DNA of 52,309 nucleotides from Basidiobolus ranarum (Eukaryota): NCBI GenBank assembly GCA_040143965.1, contig JASJQH010006890.1, positions 1 to 52,309 of the forward strand, read 5' to 3'. Shown piece by piece: positions 13,351 to 24,382 of this stretch (position 1 is its first letter; each line of letters starts with the position of its first letter). The notes under the pieces were generated by a model. It saw only the letters and a program-made list of their open reading frames with translations, ran no database searches and was not told where the DNA came from. The position numbers and the translations under genes were made by a program.

Positions 13351-14290
13351 ATGAGTGAAATCTCGACTGCTAAAGTTCAAAGATCAGTAGAGGATTCATT
13401 TTCAGACGAAGAAAACGCTGACAACGGCCCTTCAGATCTCCTTTTACTCGATAAAACGAAACGAACAACTTTAACAAAAAATACTTCACCAGGTGATATG
13501 GATTTGGTCAAAGATACTGAATTGGCACAGGTATATATATGAATGGAACTCCTCGAGAGTTTTTCATAGTTTAAGCTACAATGAAAAATTGATCTTGATC
13601 CCTTTTTTTCTCGAAGATTTTACAACGAGAAGAGAGTCGTTACGGTACGCGCAGGAGAGGTCAACCCGTATCTTATGTTACCGAGGTTAGTTCCTTTAAG
13701 TACTAGAAATATCCTTGGAGTGGTGTTTCTTACTTGAAGCTTCATATAAGTTTGACTCAGAGCTGGAGGAAATGTTACAATCTAAAAAGAAAGCCAAAAA
13801 AAGCGTAGGACATATGCTAATTTAAAGTGGAATCATTGAAATTCAGATGCTTATACTTCCGTATGATTAGAAGAAAGAGGCACGTAGCGAAAGAAAAACC
13901 GAAGAGGTACCCCACGGCAAAAACTCCAATTCAGTAGGCTATTTAAAGCAACTTTAACTTCAACAGAACAGACTGATTGAATATCTTCCTTATCCGACCA
14001 TCTAGACATGTTATAGCGAGACACATTCTATTGATTCCATCTTAAAAGAAAGTTTCATCCGCTTCTTAAAGGTACATAATCTCGAACGCACGCAAGAAGC
14101 ACTTGGCATTTCAAAAAGTCGTGATTCATCGATGGATACCTCGGTGCTTCAGGAGATTTTTCAATGGGAAGATTGTTTATCCTCTGATCCCTCTTCCGCT
14201 TTAAGTGATGCCAACCTAACAAGGTTTAGAGAGGAAACGTGTGACATATTGGATCGTAATCCCGATCTTGTATGGAAAAGGCCCCAATAG
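13351..14290 (+). CDS. Hypothetical protein of about 207 aa; exons 13351-13530, 13617-13685, 13751-13804, 13871-13906, 14006-14290
   Basis: All four introns are GT..AG and phase 0, giving one continuous ORF; acidic N-terminus, DTELAQILQREE, basic KKKAKKSKK, helical C-terminal region. Confidence 0.6.
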
Positions 14291-14375
14291 AAATAACTTG
14301 AGTAGGGTGACGTATTTGGTAATCGGATGTCACCTTCAAGCCTTGGCCGCTCACCACTTCAACCTCCTTATGACC

Positions 14376-14445
14376 AGATATTAAAAGCGGACTAGATATT
14401 AAAAGCGGACTAGATATTAAAAGCGATTACCAGCGATTACCAGCG
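14376..14445. repeat. Tandem repeat: 18-bp unit AGATATTAAAAGCGGACT x2.8, then ATTACCAGCG x2
   Basis: Read directly from sequence. Confidence 0.9.
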
Positions 14446-15747
14446 ATAAAAAGCGACAAATCGATCTGTATATAGTAAAGAGATTGTTGACACCATCGAA
14501 TGGGAGTCTAGTTCTAAAGCACACTTGCTGAAATCTTACAAATAAACCTGAGCATGTAATGTCAATGCCCATATCATTCCACTCAGGCTTACCGACAATC
14601 CGCGAAATGTTATTTATGCTTGGGAGGAAGGAAAATATTTTCATTCGTTGCTGGGACAAATTAAAAACATTTAGGGTCAGTGATCACCATCAATCAGCAA
14701 TGCCAGGAGATTGTACTAATTAAGCCATGTATGAATTGCATGGTTTCGGGATTTGTTACTAGTGATTTTCAATCGATATTTATAGATGCTTCCTTCTGAT
14801 CAAGATAATTAGCATACAGACGCATATAGACGCATCTAGTCCTTCTTGTATATATATTCAGGCATGTCTCAAATTAATCACAAATCTATTCTAGACCTAC
14901 GTTAGCTAAACCACCTACTCGCTTCTAAAGAATTAGCCCAGAATCAACCAGGATGACAAAGGCGTGGCTCGATACCAATCTTTCCGATTATATTGGCCAC
15001 CATGTTACTTAAGCCACCTTGACTTGGGATTCGTCATCATGCTTTTCAATCTAAGCTTGATTTCATTACGACACTCGGACAGCATTTGGTGGAGATATGT
15101 CGATGGGTTTTAGGCGCCGAGTAGGTTGAACTCGTCATTGGTAGATCTGGTCATGATCGGGATTAATGCTTCCTTTAACCAAAATGCCGGTATTTTAGGT
15201 GTCGGAATCTAGTGTCGGAATCCACTTGTACGAATGTGTTGATCCATATGCTATTTTGTCTTCTCCCTTCATTGGGAATAAGATGTCCCAAATACATCTA
15301 ACCTACACTTGCACCTGCAAATGAAAATGAAAACATTTCAAGCATCTTCTATCCATTCCTCAATCCAACAGCTACGAAGTAGATTGATTCGGATTCGGGC
15401 TCAACCATTAGTGACTTATTTTCCAAATTAAGAGGATTGAGAGCACTTTTTCTACTTTGAAAGGTAACCATGATTTTCCAAAAGAAAACACTCAGTATGG
15501 TTGGCGTAACACATTTGACTAACACTTGTCCGAAACTGGAGCAGGGAGAAAAATCATTTATGGATTCGATTCGAGACTGAGGAAATCGCACTTTCAATCC
15601 GAAGTAATCGTGGTTTATAAGCAGCTCAAAATCCATATCATCGGGACATTTCCTCGATTATTGTGATTTACGTCAGGCCATTCCCCAGTTCATAACGGTG
15701 AAGAAATTCCTGTGTAGAACCGTGTATTTAGCTGACGTCTATCTTCA

Positions 15748-18610
15748 ATGTTGTTAAATACTGGTGAGAAATCAGGACGCGGGATATGGAAGCCTCCTGA
15801 GACCAGAAAATTGATAGAAATCCGTAGAGAGCTTGACGACCTTTTCTTTTACACGAAAAAAAGAATAGTTGATGAGCAATGGCAAAAAGTGGCCGAACGA
15901 CTACAAGTTTCTGGTTTTAACAGAACCATGTTAGAGTGCAAAATAAAATGGAAGAATTTACTCCAAAAGTTCAAGGTATGGGCTTCTCTTTTTTAAGAAT
16001 ATTTTTGAGCGTGTTTGGCGAGTGACCAACCGTAACAACTTAATGACCTCGAAGTTTCGGATGTTTCGTACCTTTATTAACTTGCTTGCATTTAGGAAAC
16101 ACTCCAACCTGGATACACCGGTTCTACCTTCCCTTTCCACGAAGATATGCAGTGGTATGCTGCGAGACTGCTTAGAGAGGGGAAAGAAGAAAGCGCAGAA
16201 AGTCCCGCAAGAGAAGGCGGAAGACACACAACTCCTATCGGGGAAAATTCTCATAATTCTCTAACAGTTGGTTCAGTTTCATTACACGAACCACGTAGTG
16301 CACATTCTCCACATACTCCTCACAAACTTGCAGTCCCTCATACCCCACAAGGGAAGAGTGAAACTACTCATAGTGACATTAAAATCCAGAATATACACTC
16401 AGCATATATGCCTCGAAGCGTACCATATCATGAAACTTTGGGATCAACTGATCTTTTACCAGTTGAACCCTCGGCCTTTCATTATCCCAATCAGCCACCT
16501 AAATCGCTATCACCATCCTTTCATGCTCACCAATATCCTCCAGTATCTTCTCCGATTCCAATGTCCAAAAGACTTAAGCCCGCAAGATATGAAGAGGTTT
16601 GTACTTATGCGCATGAATATTCTTTGATATTTCAGTATTTTAAAATCACTACATGATCCTTTCTCGAGACAAATAGTTTTATTCATAATTTCTATTTTTT
16701 AATATCCATCAGTCTTCATATTTCTATGGTCCCTATTTCGATTGATGTCTCTTCTAACACTCTTTATATTATTCACTTATTGTTTAATACGTGATTTTCT
16801 CAGTTTGAGCCGCTATTATCCTCAGTCCGTTACGATCCTCTAGAAGTTCAGAGAATCAACGAAATTTTAAAAAATGACGAACGTGTTAAAGTGGCTGGTA
16901 TTGATATAAATGGGATATTGCGCGAAAAAATATTGATCAAATCAAAGTTTCTATCCATGTTGTATGATGGTTTTGGTGAGAATTACGCTTTTATAAAACT
17001 TAAACGCGTAGATTCTAATTTTTGGAGCAGGATTCAGTGGTTCAATATTTGGCTGGGGTGAACGTGAAGCTTCCTCTTTAGGCTCAGAAATTGAAGGTTG
17101 ATATTCTCCATCTATTATTTACTTTATGCTTTTGGTATACTTACACTTATTTTCGAAACCTCGAAGGGTATAGTTACCTCGTTGCAAAAGTAGACCTTGG
17201 TACTTTTCGAAGAATACCTTGGGAGGAGAACCTTCCTCTTTTCCTTGTCAGATTTTTCACTCAAGAGGGGCAACCGGTTAGTGTTTGTCCACGTCAGATA
17301 TTAGGGAAAATCGTCCAGGAATGTCACTCCATGGGTTTTGAACCTTTATGCGGAGTGAAATATGAATGGTACAATTACAAAGGTTGGTAACTTATCTTGC
17401 ATTAAGTTGTTTATCATTCTACTTATCTTTTCACCTTGACTGTTAACTCGGTAGAGACCCCGGTTACTTTGCGGGAAAAAAGTTTCAAAGCTGAGCCTCT
17501 CACTTCTAACCTGTTCAATCTAACTTTGGAGGGGTCAAAAGAAAAGCGAGTGTATTTCAACGAATTGTTCCAGATGTTACAAAAATTTGACTGCCCTCTT
17601 GAAAGTCTTTGTACCGAAGTTGGTATGTGCTAAGAAATTAGCATGTGAAAACATGTTGGCTTGCTTACTAACTATGAAATTTTGATAGGGCCTGGTCTGT
17701 ATCAAGGTGCCCTTCAATATGGATCCGCATTAGCTATGGGTGATCGAGCACAACTTTTCAAAGTTGCAGTGAAACAGATAAGTTTACGCCAGGGAATAAT
17801 GGCTTCATTTATGGCAAAACCCAAGGAAACTATGCCTGGATGTTCTGCACGACTACATTTCTCCTTAAAGGATATCAGGTCAGCGAAGAACATTTTTTCT
17901 AGACGTAATGAGGTTGGAATGAGGGAGCCGCCAAGAGACGGTTTGGAGGATATGAGCCAAGTGATGAATTGGTTTGTCGCAGGCCTTCTACGTGGATTGC
18001 CGAGTATATTGGCTATATTGGCTCCATACGTTAATAGGTACATAGAGAGAAATCCTCTGCGAATGTAAAAAAAAGAAAAATTAACAATTATATTACTCTG
18101 TAGCTATAAAAGGCTTGGTGAAAATGCATGGTCCCCCATGATAGTTTCGTGGGGACATGAAAATAGAAACAGTGCTATTAGAATTGTTAGTTCACAGGCT
18201 GACGCTGAATCTACGAGATTGGAAGTGGTACGTACCGACCATTATTCAGGTTTATTTTATTTCGAATACTTTACTTAAATCCTGGGTTTTAGCGAATTTC
18301 AGGATCAGATATGAATCCGCACCTAGCACTTGCTGCTTTACTTGGATGTGGTATTTGGGGAGTAAGGAATAAGCTGGTCATTCCTGTCCCTCCTAGTGTA
18401 GGTGTTATTGTTAATGATCCCAGAGCCGAGAAATTTCCAAAAACCTTACTTGAAGCGACTCAAAAAATGCTTGAACATGGAAGTGTAGCCAGAGAAGTTC
18501 TTGGCGATGAATTTGTAGACCATTATGGAAGTACCAGACTACATGAATGGAAACTATGGGAGCAATCTATCACTGATTGGGAAACCAAACGATATTTTGA
18601 AATGGTTTGA
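15748..18610 (+). CDS. Trihelix/Myb-SANT-like DNA-binding domain fused to a degenerate glutamine synthetase (GSI-like, FluG C-terminal type) domain; about 713 aa, 9 exons
   Basis: Exons 15748-15975, 16096-16596, 16804-16975, 17031-17096, 17167-17382, 17455-17622, 17689-18037, 18104-18227, 18293-18610 total 2142 nt with compatible phases. N-terminal WKPPETRKLIEIRR..QWQKVAERLQVSGFNRTMLECKIKWKNLLQKFK..FPFHEDM; GS motifs VKVAGIDINGILR, DLGTFRRIPWE, TEVGPG, SFMAKP, APYVNSYKRL, SWGHENRNSAIRI, RLEVRISGSDMNPH, ITDWETKRYFE. Confidence 0.85.
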
Positions 18611-19028
18611 TACAGATAGAATTCTCACAAATCCCGGCAATTCCTCATTTTGACAATTTACATGTATTCTTATGATTCAACATTGGTTAGTTTCTAGCAG
18701 TAGCATTGTGGTTCAATACTTACTGCTTGTTTGATTATCTTCATCCCTTTTTCTCCTTTTTAATTCTTATTTTATGTACAAAGCTTTTCTAAAGATTTTT
18801 TGATAATTTCCGAGAGTTATTTATTATCTATGGATAAGAATAAAAATTCCATATCAGTCTATGATGGGATTGTATGGTTACCTCTATATTTGACCTGTGA
18901 TCTTGCTGTCTATGCGACAATTCCACTATTTTGCTACGCCTCATCAATTGCTGAGAAGGAATATCTTTCCAGTACGAGGACTCTTTAGTTTTATATTCAG
19001 ACGATAACAAGCCAAGTAATAATTACCC

Positions 19029-20165
19029 ATGGATATAGCTTTAACTTCCGCTGTTTCAGCTTTATTTTATTATGGATATCGAGTATCTTTAGATAAGGTT
19101 GCTTCCATCATTTCAGCAAAGTTAGTAGAAGAGGCAAATCCCGGTGACTATGTTAGAATTGAAGGAAAAGTAGCACTACTACAGGAAAGAATTGAAATGG
19201 TTGATAATACAGGAAAAGTGCCAGGAGTTCTTTACGAGGTAAATTCTTCATTAAACATAGTACTTAACAGTGACCTGTGGGAATCTAATGGTTCTCATTG
19301 CTTAACTTTAGACAACTGTTGATAGAATACTTTCTCGTTGGGATAATATCTTCCTACGCTGGTAAATTTCAACCCTTCTTTTATTGAGATTCCAATTAAA
19401 GATATAGAATTTTCATTTTTAAACCCATATAGGGTTACAGAAAGTGAAAATATTGATAGTTCCTTTCGTGGGGTACCTTTCCGATTAGTGAATAAATCTC
19501 CCAGTGGATTACCCGTCAATATTCCTGAATTTAGAGCAGAGTTTCTGGCGAACAAACCGGCCCTTGAACCTTTCACTACTCATTTTCAGTCAACTTCAGC
19601 CACTGGCTTTAGTCAATCGGCCATGGAATACCTTCAAGGAGAAAAACCTATTGGTATTCAAACTACCGAGAAAATCCTTCCGGTGGGAAGTTCTCTAACA
19701 GTCATCGGGCAGCTATCTGCACATAGCTCTTCCAATGATAAAATACTGGATATAGTTCCTCCAGATGATCCTGAACTTCCATTTATCCTAACACGTGAAA
19801 GCTTCAAAAAGTTCATTCATGAACAGACTAAAGCCACAAGGATGCTATGGTGGATATCGTTCACTTCAGCAGCAATATGTGGTTTACTCATCGGTAGAAG
19901 GGCATATCCGTACATCTTTTCCAAATACAAGACTTGGAAAGAAAGGAAGATGTTACAAAAGATCACTAAAGCACGCAAAGATGGCAGTGACCTCGATTCA
20001 AATGGATATGATCCGGAAGCATGTATCGTTTGTCTAACTAATAAACGCGATACAATACTTCAGGATTGTGGACATTTCCATACTTGTACCCAATGTACCC
20101 AGGAGCTACAAGAATGTCCCCTGTGTAGAGCTCCAATCAGAACATCAGTCAGAGTGTATTACTAG
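19029..20165 (+). CDS. MUL1: MUL1/MAPL/SP1-like E3 ligase (TM-GIDE-TM-RING); 3 exons
   Basis: N-terminal hydrophobic helix, YVRIEGKV, VPFRL, GEKPIGIQTTEKILPVGSSLTVIGQL, PFILT, second TM (LWWISFTSAAICGLLIG), RING CIVCLTNKRDTILQDCGHFHTCTQCTQELQECPLCRAPI. Confidence 0.85.
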
Positions 20166-20496
20166 AGAGTATCATTAAAGCGCCAACCACTCCTTTCAAA
20201 TTCATTCCACTGTAATTTTCCATCTGAACCACAATTTAGACTTCTCGCCACTTGAAAACTTAATAAAATTGTCACATTTCATCATCTCGATAATATCCCG
20301 AAATTTCAGATAGTTCTAATCCAATCATAGATGTAGATTCGAATTGTTACGTTTTGTTTATTTTTGATGAATTGTTTAGATCCAGCAACAGTACAATATG
20401 AAATGATATTTGAATGATAAATATTGCGCCTGCTTGTAACAAATAAACATTTCTTTTGTTCTTACGTTTGAAAGAACTACCCAACCTATTTCTAAC

Positions 20497-21675
20497 ATGC
20501 AATACGAAAATGGATATGAAGGTGGAGGCGGAGGTGGTGGTTTTTTGAGCTCTCCTTTTGGGGAGTCTGCTGCTACTCCCACCGGAACTAAGGTAGTAGT
20601 TGATTCTATTAGATAGAATTTTTCGCGATAGATTTGAGTTATTGTCTTGAAAAATACTGAAAAATTTTATGTATATCCAAAGCGTGGTGGTGCTGCTGCT
20701 CAAAATCTCACACCAGTCACCATTAAACAGTTGATTGAGGCTACACAGATTCATGCTGATGCACCCTTCAAAGTTGATGAGCATGAACTATCTCAGGTGG
20801 GTTTCCAAGTTTTTGATCAGTTATTTTTCTCGGAACTAATTGGACTGCGGCTACTTGATACTTTACAGATTACTTTTATTGGAATTATTCGTCGTCATTC
20901 TGAGCAATCTACAAATGTCTCTTACATGGTCGAGGATGGGACTGGTTCCATTGATGTACGTACGTGGCTTGAAGCTGATGATAATGAATTTCAACAACAA
21001 AAGCGTGCGCAATTAGTGTATGTAGAAATAATTACCATGGAAATGCCTAGAGTTGATTGTATTTATTGAAGTGAATTTTAGGGAGGGTATTTATGTCAGA
21101 GTAGTAGGACAATTTAAACAGTTTGCCAACAAAAGACATGTCGTAGCATTCTCTATGCGTCCTATTGATGATTTCAACGAAATTACCCATCATCTTCTTG
21201 AAGCTGTGTATGTCCATTTATTCCGCACCCGAAACCCCAGTGTATGTTCCCATTATCATGTTCCTCTTGTTGGAGCCCATTGTAACGTATTTCCCTCTAG
21301 ACTAAACAAGAAGGAGATCAAACCAACTTCTCTGGAGATCCATTCAACCCCACTGGGCAATATGGAAATCAACTCTATAGACAGCCAGAAACCACTTATG
21401 GAAATGAATTCAAGCCTGAACATAAAGCAATCATCCACACCATCAAAAGCTTCCCTGATACTAACGAAGGTGTGCACATCGAGACCATTGCACAGAAGCT
21501 ATCGAATCAATTTGGAAGACAAGATATCAGGTGAGAGGTGGTGTTTCTAGTGGTGGATATTCATCGACACTAACACACAAACATTGTATTTTCTAGTCAA
21601 GCAATTGAATGGTTGGTGGGTGAAGGACATCTCTACTCTACAATCGATGATGATCATGTTAAGTGTACTGATTAA
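20497..21675 (+). CDS. RFA2: Replication protein A 32 kDa subunit; multi-exon
   Basis: Gly-rich GGGFLSSP N-terminus; LTPVTIKQL; YMVEDGTGSIDVRTW; YVRVVGQFKQFANKRHV..RPIDDFNEITHHLLEAVYVHL; winged helix EGHLYSTIDDDHVKCTD*. Confidence 0.95.
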
Positions 21676-21893
21676 CTAGATCCATAGAAGTATATCTCGA
21701 TACTGAAGAATATCCGATCAACGAACCTTTTTTTTACATTGGACTTGTTCCCCTCTATAGTGCTAGATCTTTGTAAATCCCATTTTTCTCTCTTTGATTC
21801 TCCAGCATGAACTCATATATGACGTGCCTCTTGATCAACTAACTGTAGTGTAATAAATTGAGATCATCTCTGAACCGTGGTACTAGACTTGCC

Positions 21894-21998
21894 CTAGTGA
21901 GAACTAAACATATGACAGAACTGAACTAGTGAGAACTAAACATATGGCAGAACTGAACTAAATCCAATGGAACTAGACATATGAATGAACTGAACTGA
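21894..21998. repeat. 32-bp tandem duplication CTAGTGAGAACTAAACATATG(A/G)CAGAACTGAA x2 plus degenerate third copy
   Basis: Copies start at 21894 and 21926, one mismatch. Confidence 0.85.
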
Positions 21999-22416
21999 TC
22001 TAATGGAGCGAGATCGAGATAAACGGCCCACTTAATCTGGGTGATCTTAGACATGCCACTCGAGATCTGTCACTCTGGTATGACTTCAACTCCAGTTGGT
22101 GAATCCATAAGAACAATCTAAGATAAACCCCAGTCAGTCACCATAGATGGGAATGTAACCACTTGGCGAGTGTATGTGAGATAATTTTACATTTATTGTG
22201 TAATCTCATTGGATATCGTGTGATAAATGGTGGTCAAGATTATAATTAGGATTAGGGTTGAACATGGCATGGCATGGCAAAGCAAGGCAAGGCAGGTCGA
22301 AGTATGAACATGGGGATAACAATGTACATCAACAAGTAGAGATAACATGACTGAATGTCGGCTTATTTATAAAGAATGAACAAAATTGTATCAAGGTTGG
22401 AAGTACCAGAATTCCA

Positions 22417-22629
22417 TCATTGAAGGGGCAGTCTTTGCTGTTGTTGTGATGTGCTGATAGTGGTGCTATGACCATGTCCCGCAAAAAAGAGTTCTACCAT
22501 GGCGTCTCTTTCGCTTTGTGAGAAATGAGGGGTGGCATTGTAAGTATTGGGTTCCGCTTGAGGAGATCGGTGTATGCAGCTTCCAAGGTTAATGCAAGCT
22601 GGGCAAAGACTATTTGATGGCACATTCAT
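22417..22629 (-). CDS. Putative 70-aa micro-protein with CxxC-x5-CxH motif
   Basis: ORF with acaATG context; TATAAATA about 46 nt upstream on the minus strand (22675-22682). Confidence 0.4.
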   Translation of the reverse strand: MNVPSNSLCPACINLGSCIHRSPQAEPNTYNATPHFSQSERDAMVELFFAGHGHSTTISTSQQQQRLPLQ

Positions 22630-23313
22630 TGTGAGAGTTTGGATTTTACGAGTTCAGTTACGGCAGCCGTAGGATATTTATAGTTTCCAAGAGAGCAATG
22701 GAATAATCGCTAATGTTCACTTTTATTGCTATTAGCAATGATATGGTTACACTGCCTTAATCCTTGATGAATGTTATTAAATGAGTAACCCTGCGAAGTC
22801 TTAATCTATCAGCAATGCGGTGATTTGGGGGAATTTCTGGATGATTTCGGTGCAAACAAATCAGTGCAAAGATTGTCAAGCAGTCTGTATATATTACAGA
22901 TAGTATACAGTTCATATAAAATGCTTAATGGCAACGATTGCTCATGAATTGATAAGTATGAATCATTCAGAGACGAGGTGACAAAAATGGAAATTATCCT
23001 ATTAGGGTGGCGATTACGAAAGGTAATCAAATAAAGTGAGAGGAGATTGCGGTAGAACCGGCAGTACTGTTCCCATTCAACACCAACTGGATCGAGTCTG
23101 TATCTCAGTTCCCGGTTCTGTGAAGTTTATTTGATTAGAGGGAGAATTAGAAAGAGGGGAGAGTTATAGTGATTAATATAAACCAGGAGAAGAGCATCAT
23201 TAAAGTGATTGATATAACCAGCTGGGACTGGAACCTTGTTTTTGAGATCGCATCATCTTGGTACAGATGACGCTCTAGGATCACTGTTGTGTTAGGGCTA
23301 TGATAGTGTTAGG

Positions 23314-23370
23314 ATTATCTCCTCAGGTCACCATTATCTCCTCAGGTCACCATTACCTCCTCAAACCACC
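23314..23370. repeat. 19-bp tandem repeat ATTATCTCCTCAGGTCACC x3 (third copy degenerate)
   Basis: Read directly from sequence. Confidence 0.9.
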
Positions 23371-23552
23371 ATAAAATCAAATAATCATTAAATAGGGCAA
23401 ATTTCTCTCAGCCGTTACAAATTACGCTACATATGTTTAGGCTACTGGTCAATAGGGACAATATGACACTGCCAAGTTAATATAAATTCCTTTCTTTTCC
23501 AAGCATGTACCTTAAATTGTTCGCTATTTTTGATGATTTTATTATGTCCCAA

Positions 23553-24158
23553 CTACATCTGGGTGTGAAATATATGCTTGACTCTAGATAAACAGTCTCG
23601 GGGCTTTCTCCCTAATACCTTTGCAAATTTATGCCAGTGGTTCATACTTCCTTCTTCCTCGATGAGTTTTTTCAATACCTCATCTTCCTCTATGGTCCAC
23701 GGTCCTGTTATGTAAGGCTTTAGTTTGAGTTTTTTCCAATAGTATCTACAAGCGGAAGCAGTTCTAGTTGGGATATGAACTGCCACTTTGTTCCAATTAT
23801 AGCGATATACAGGCGCGTACTTTTTAAGGGTGTCGATTTCTTCAGTTGTCCATTGAAGAAACAGCGGTTTTTCTTTGGGGTCTTGCGTTGATAGTAGCTC
23901 GTTATGTGAGTTTTCCGTGGATTGATTATTTAGACTCCGTTTAAGTATGAAATGGTTGCTAGGTGAATCAAATGATATACATGTGTGTAATAGATAGGAA
24001 GTGTGTCGCAACCTTTGTAAATTACTTTGTAACTCCAAAGAATATATTTCTCTAGGCGTTTTAAAAGTGTATATTGGTCTTTTGCCAAAGATCTGTCTAT
24101 TACTTGTCAGTGTTAGCAAACGAAACGTATTCCGAATAGATAGCTGAGTAAAAAGCAT
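23553..24158 (-). CDS. Two-repeat Myb-like protein with mitochondrial-presequence-like N-terminus; single ORF
   Basis: WTTEEIDTLKKYAPVYRYNWNKVAVHIPTRTASACRYYW and GPWTIEEDEVLKKLIEEEGSMNHWHKFAKVLGRKPRDCLSR. Confidence 0.85.
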   Translation of the reverse strand: MLFTQLSIRNTFRLLTLTSNRQIFGKRPIYTFKTPREIYSLELQSNLQRLRHTSYLLHTCISFDSPSNHFILKRSLNNQSTENSHNELLSTQDPKEKPLFLQWTTEEIDTLKKYAPVYRYNWNKVAVHIPTRTASACRYYWKKLKLKPYITGPWTIEEDEVLKKLIEEEGSMNHWHKFAKVLGRKPRDCLSRVKHIFHTQM

Positions 24159-24382
24159 GTGTAAGTGAAATTGGGGAAGGAAAGGCTAGGTTTAAGAGTA
24201 TTTTGAGTAAATACAAGCATAAAATAAAAGGTGCTGAGAGACAACTAAAATCATAGAAACCTACAAAATAATCTTGATTATCGAAAAAATCATGTTCAAT
24301 TTCTCGCAAATCTGAAGAATATATATAATCATCATTCATTATTACCTGAACCTGGCTTAACTCTTATTCAACCCAGTAACTA

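Noticed and set aside
15349-15636. Minus-strand 95-aa ORF head-to-head with the trihelix-GS gene
   Set aside because: No recognisable motif, and trial splicing gave no convincing product. Cannot be supported without RNA data.
16726-16803. Alternative independent start for the GS domain (ATG at 16726 spliced to 16804)
   Set aside because: The donor would be GTCCCT, far from consensus, and it lies only 70 nt after the unspliced stop at 16656, leaving little room for a promoter. The fusion is more parsimonious but needs RNA confirmation.
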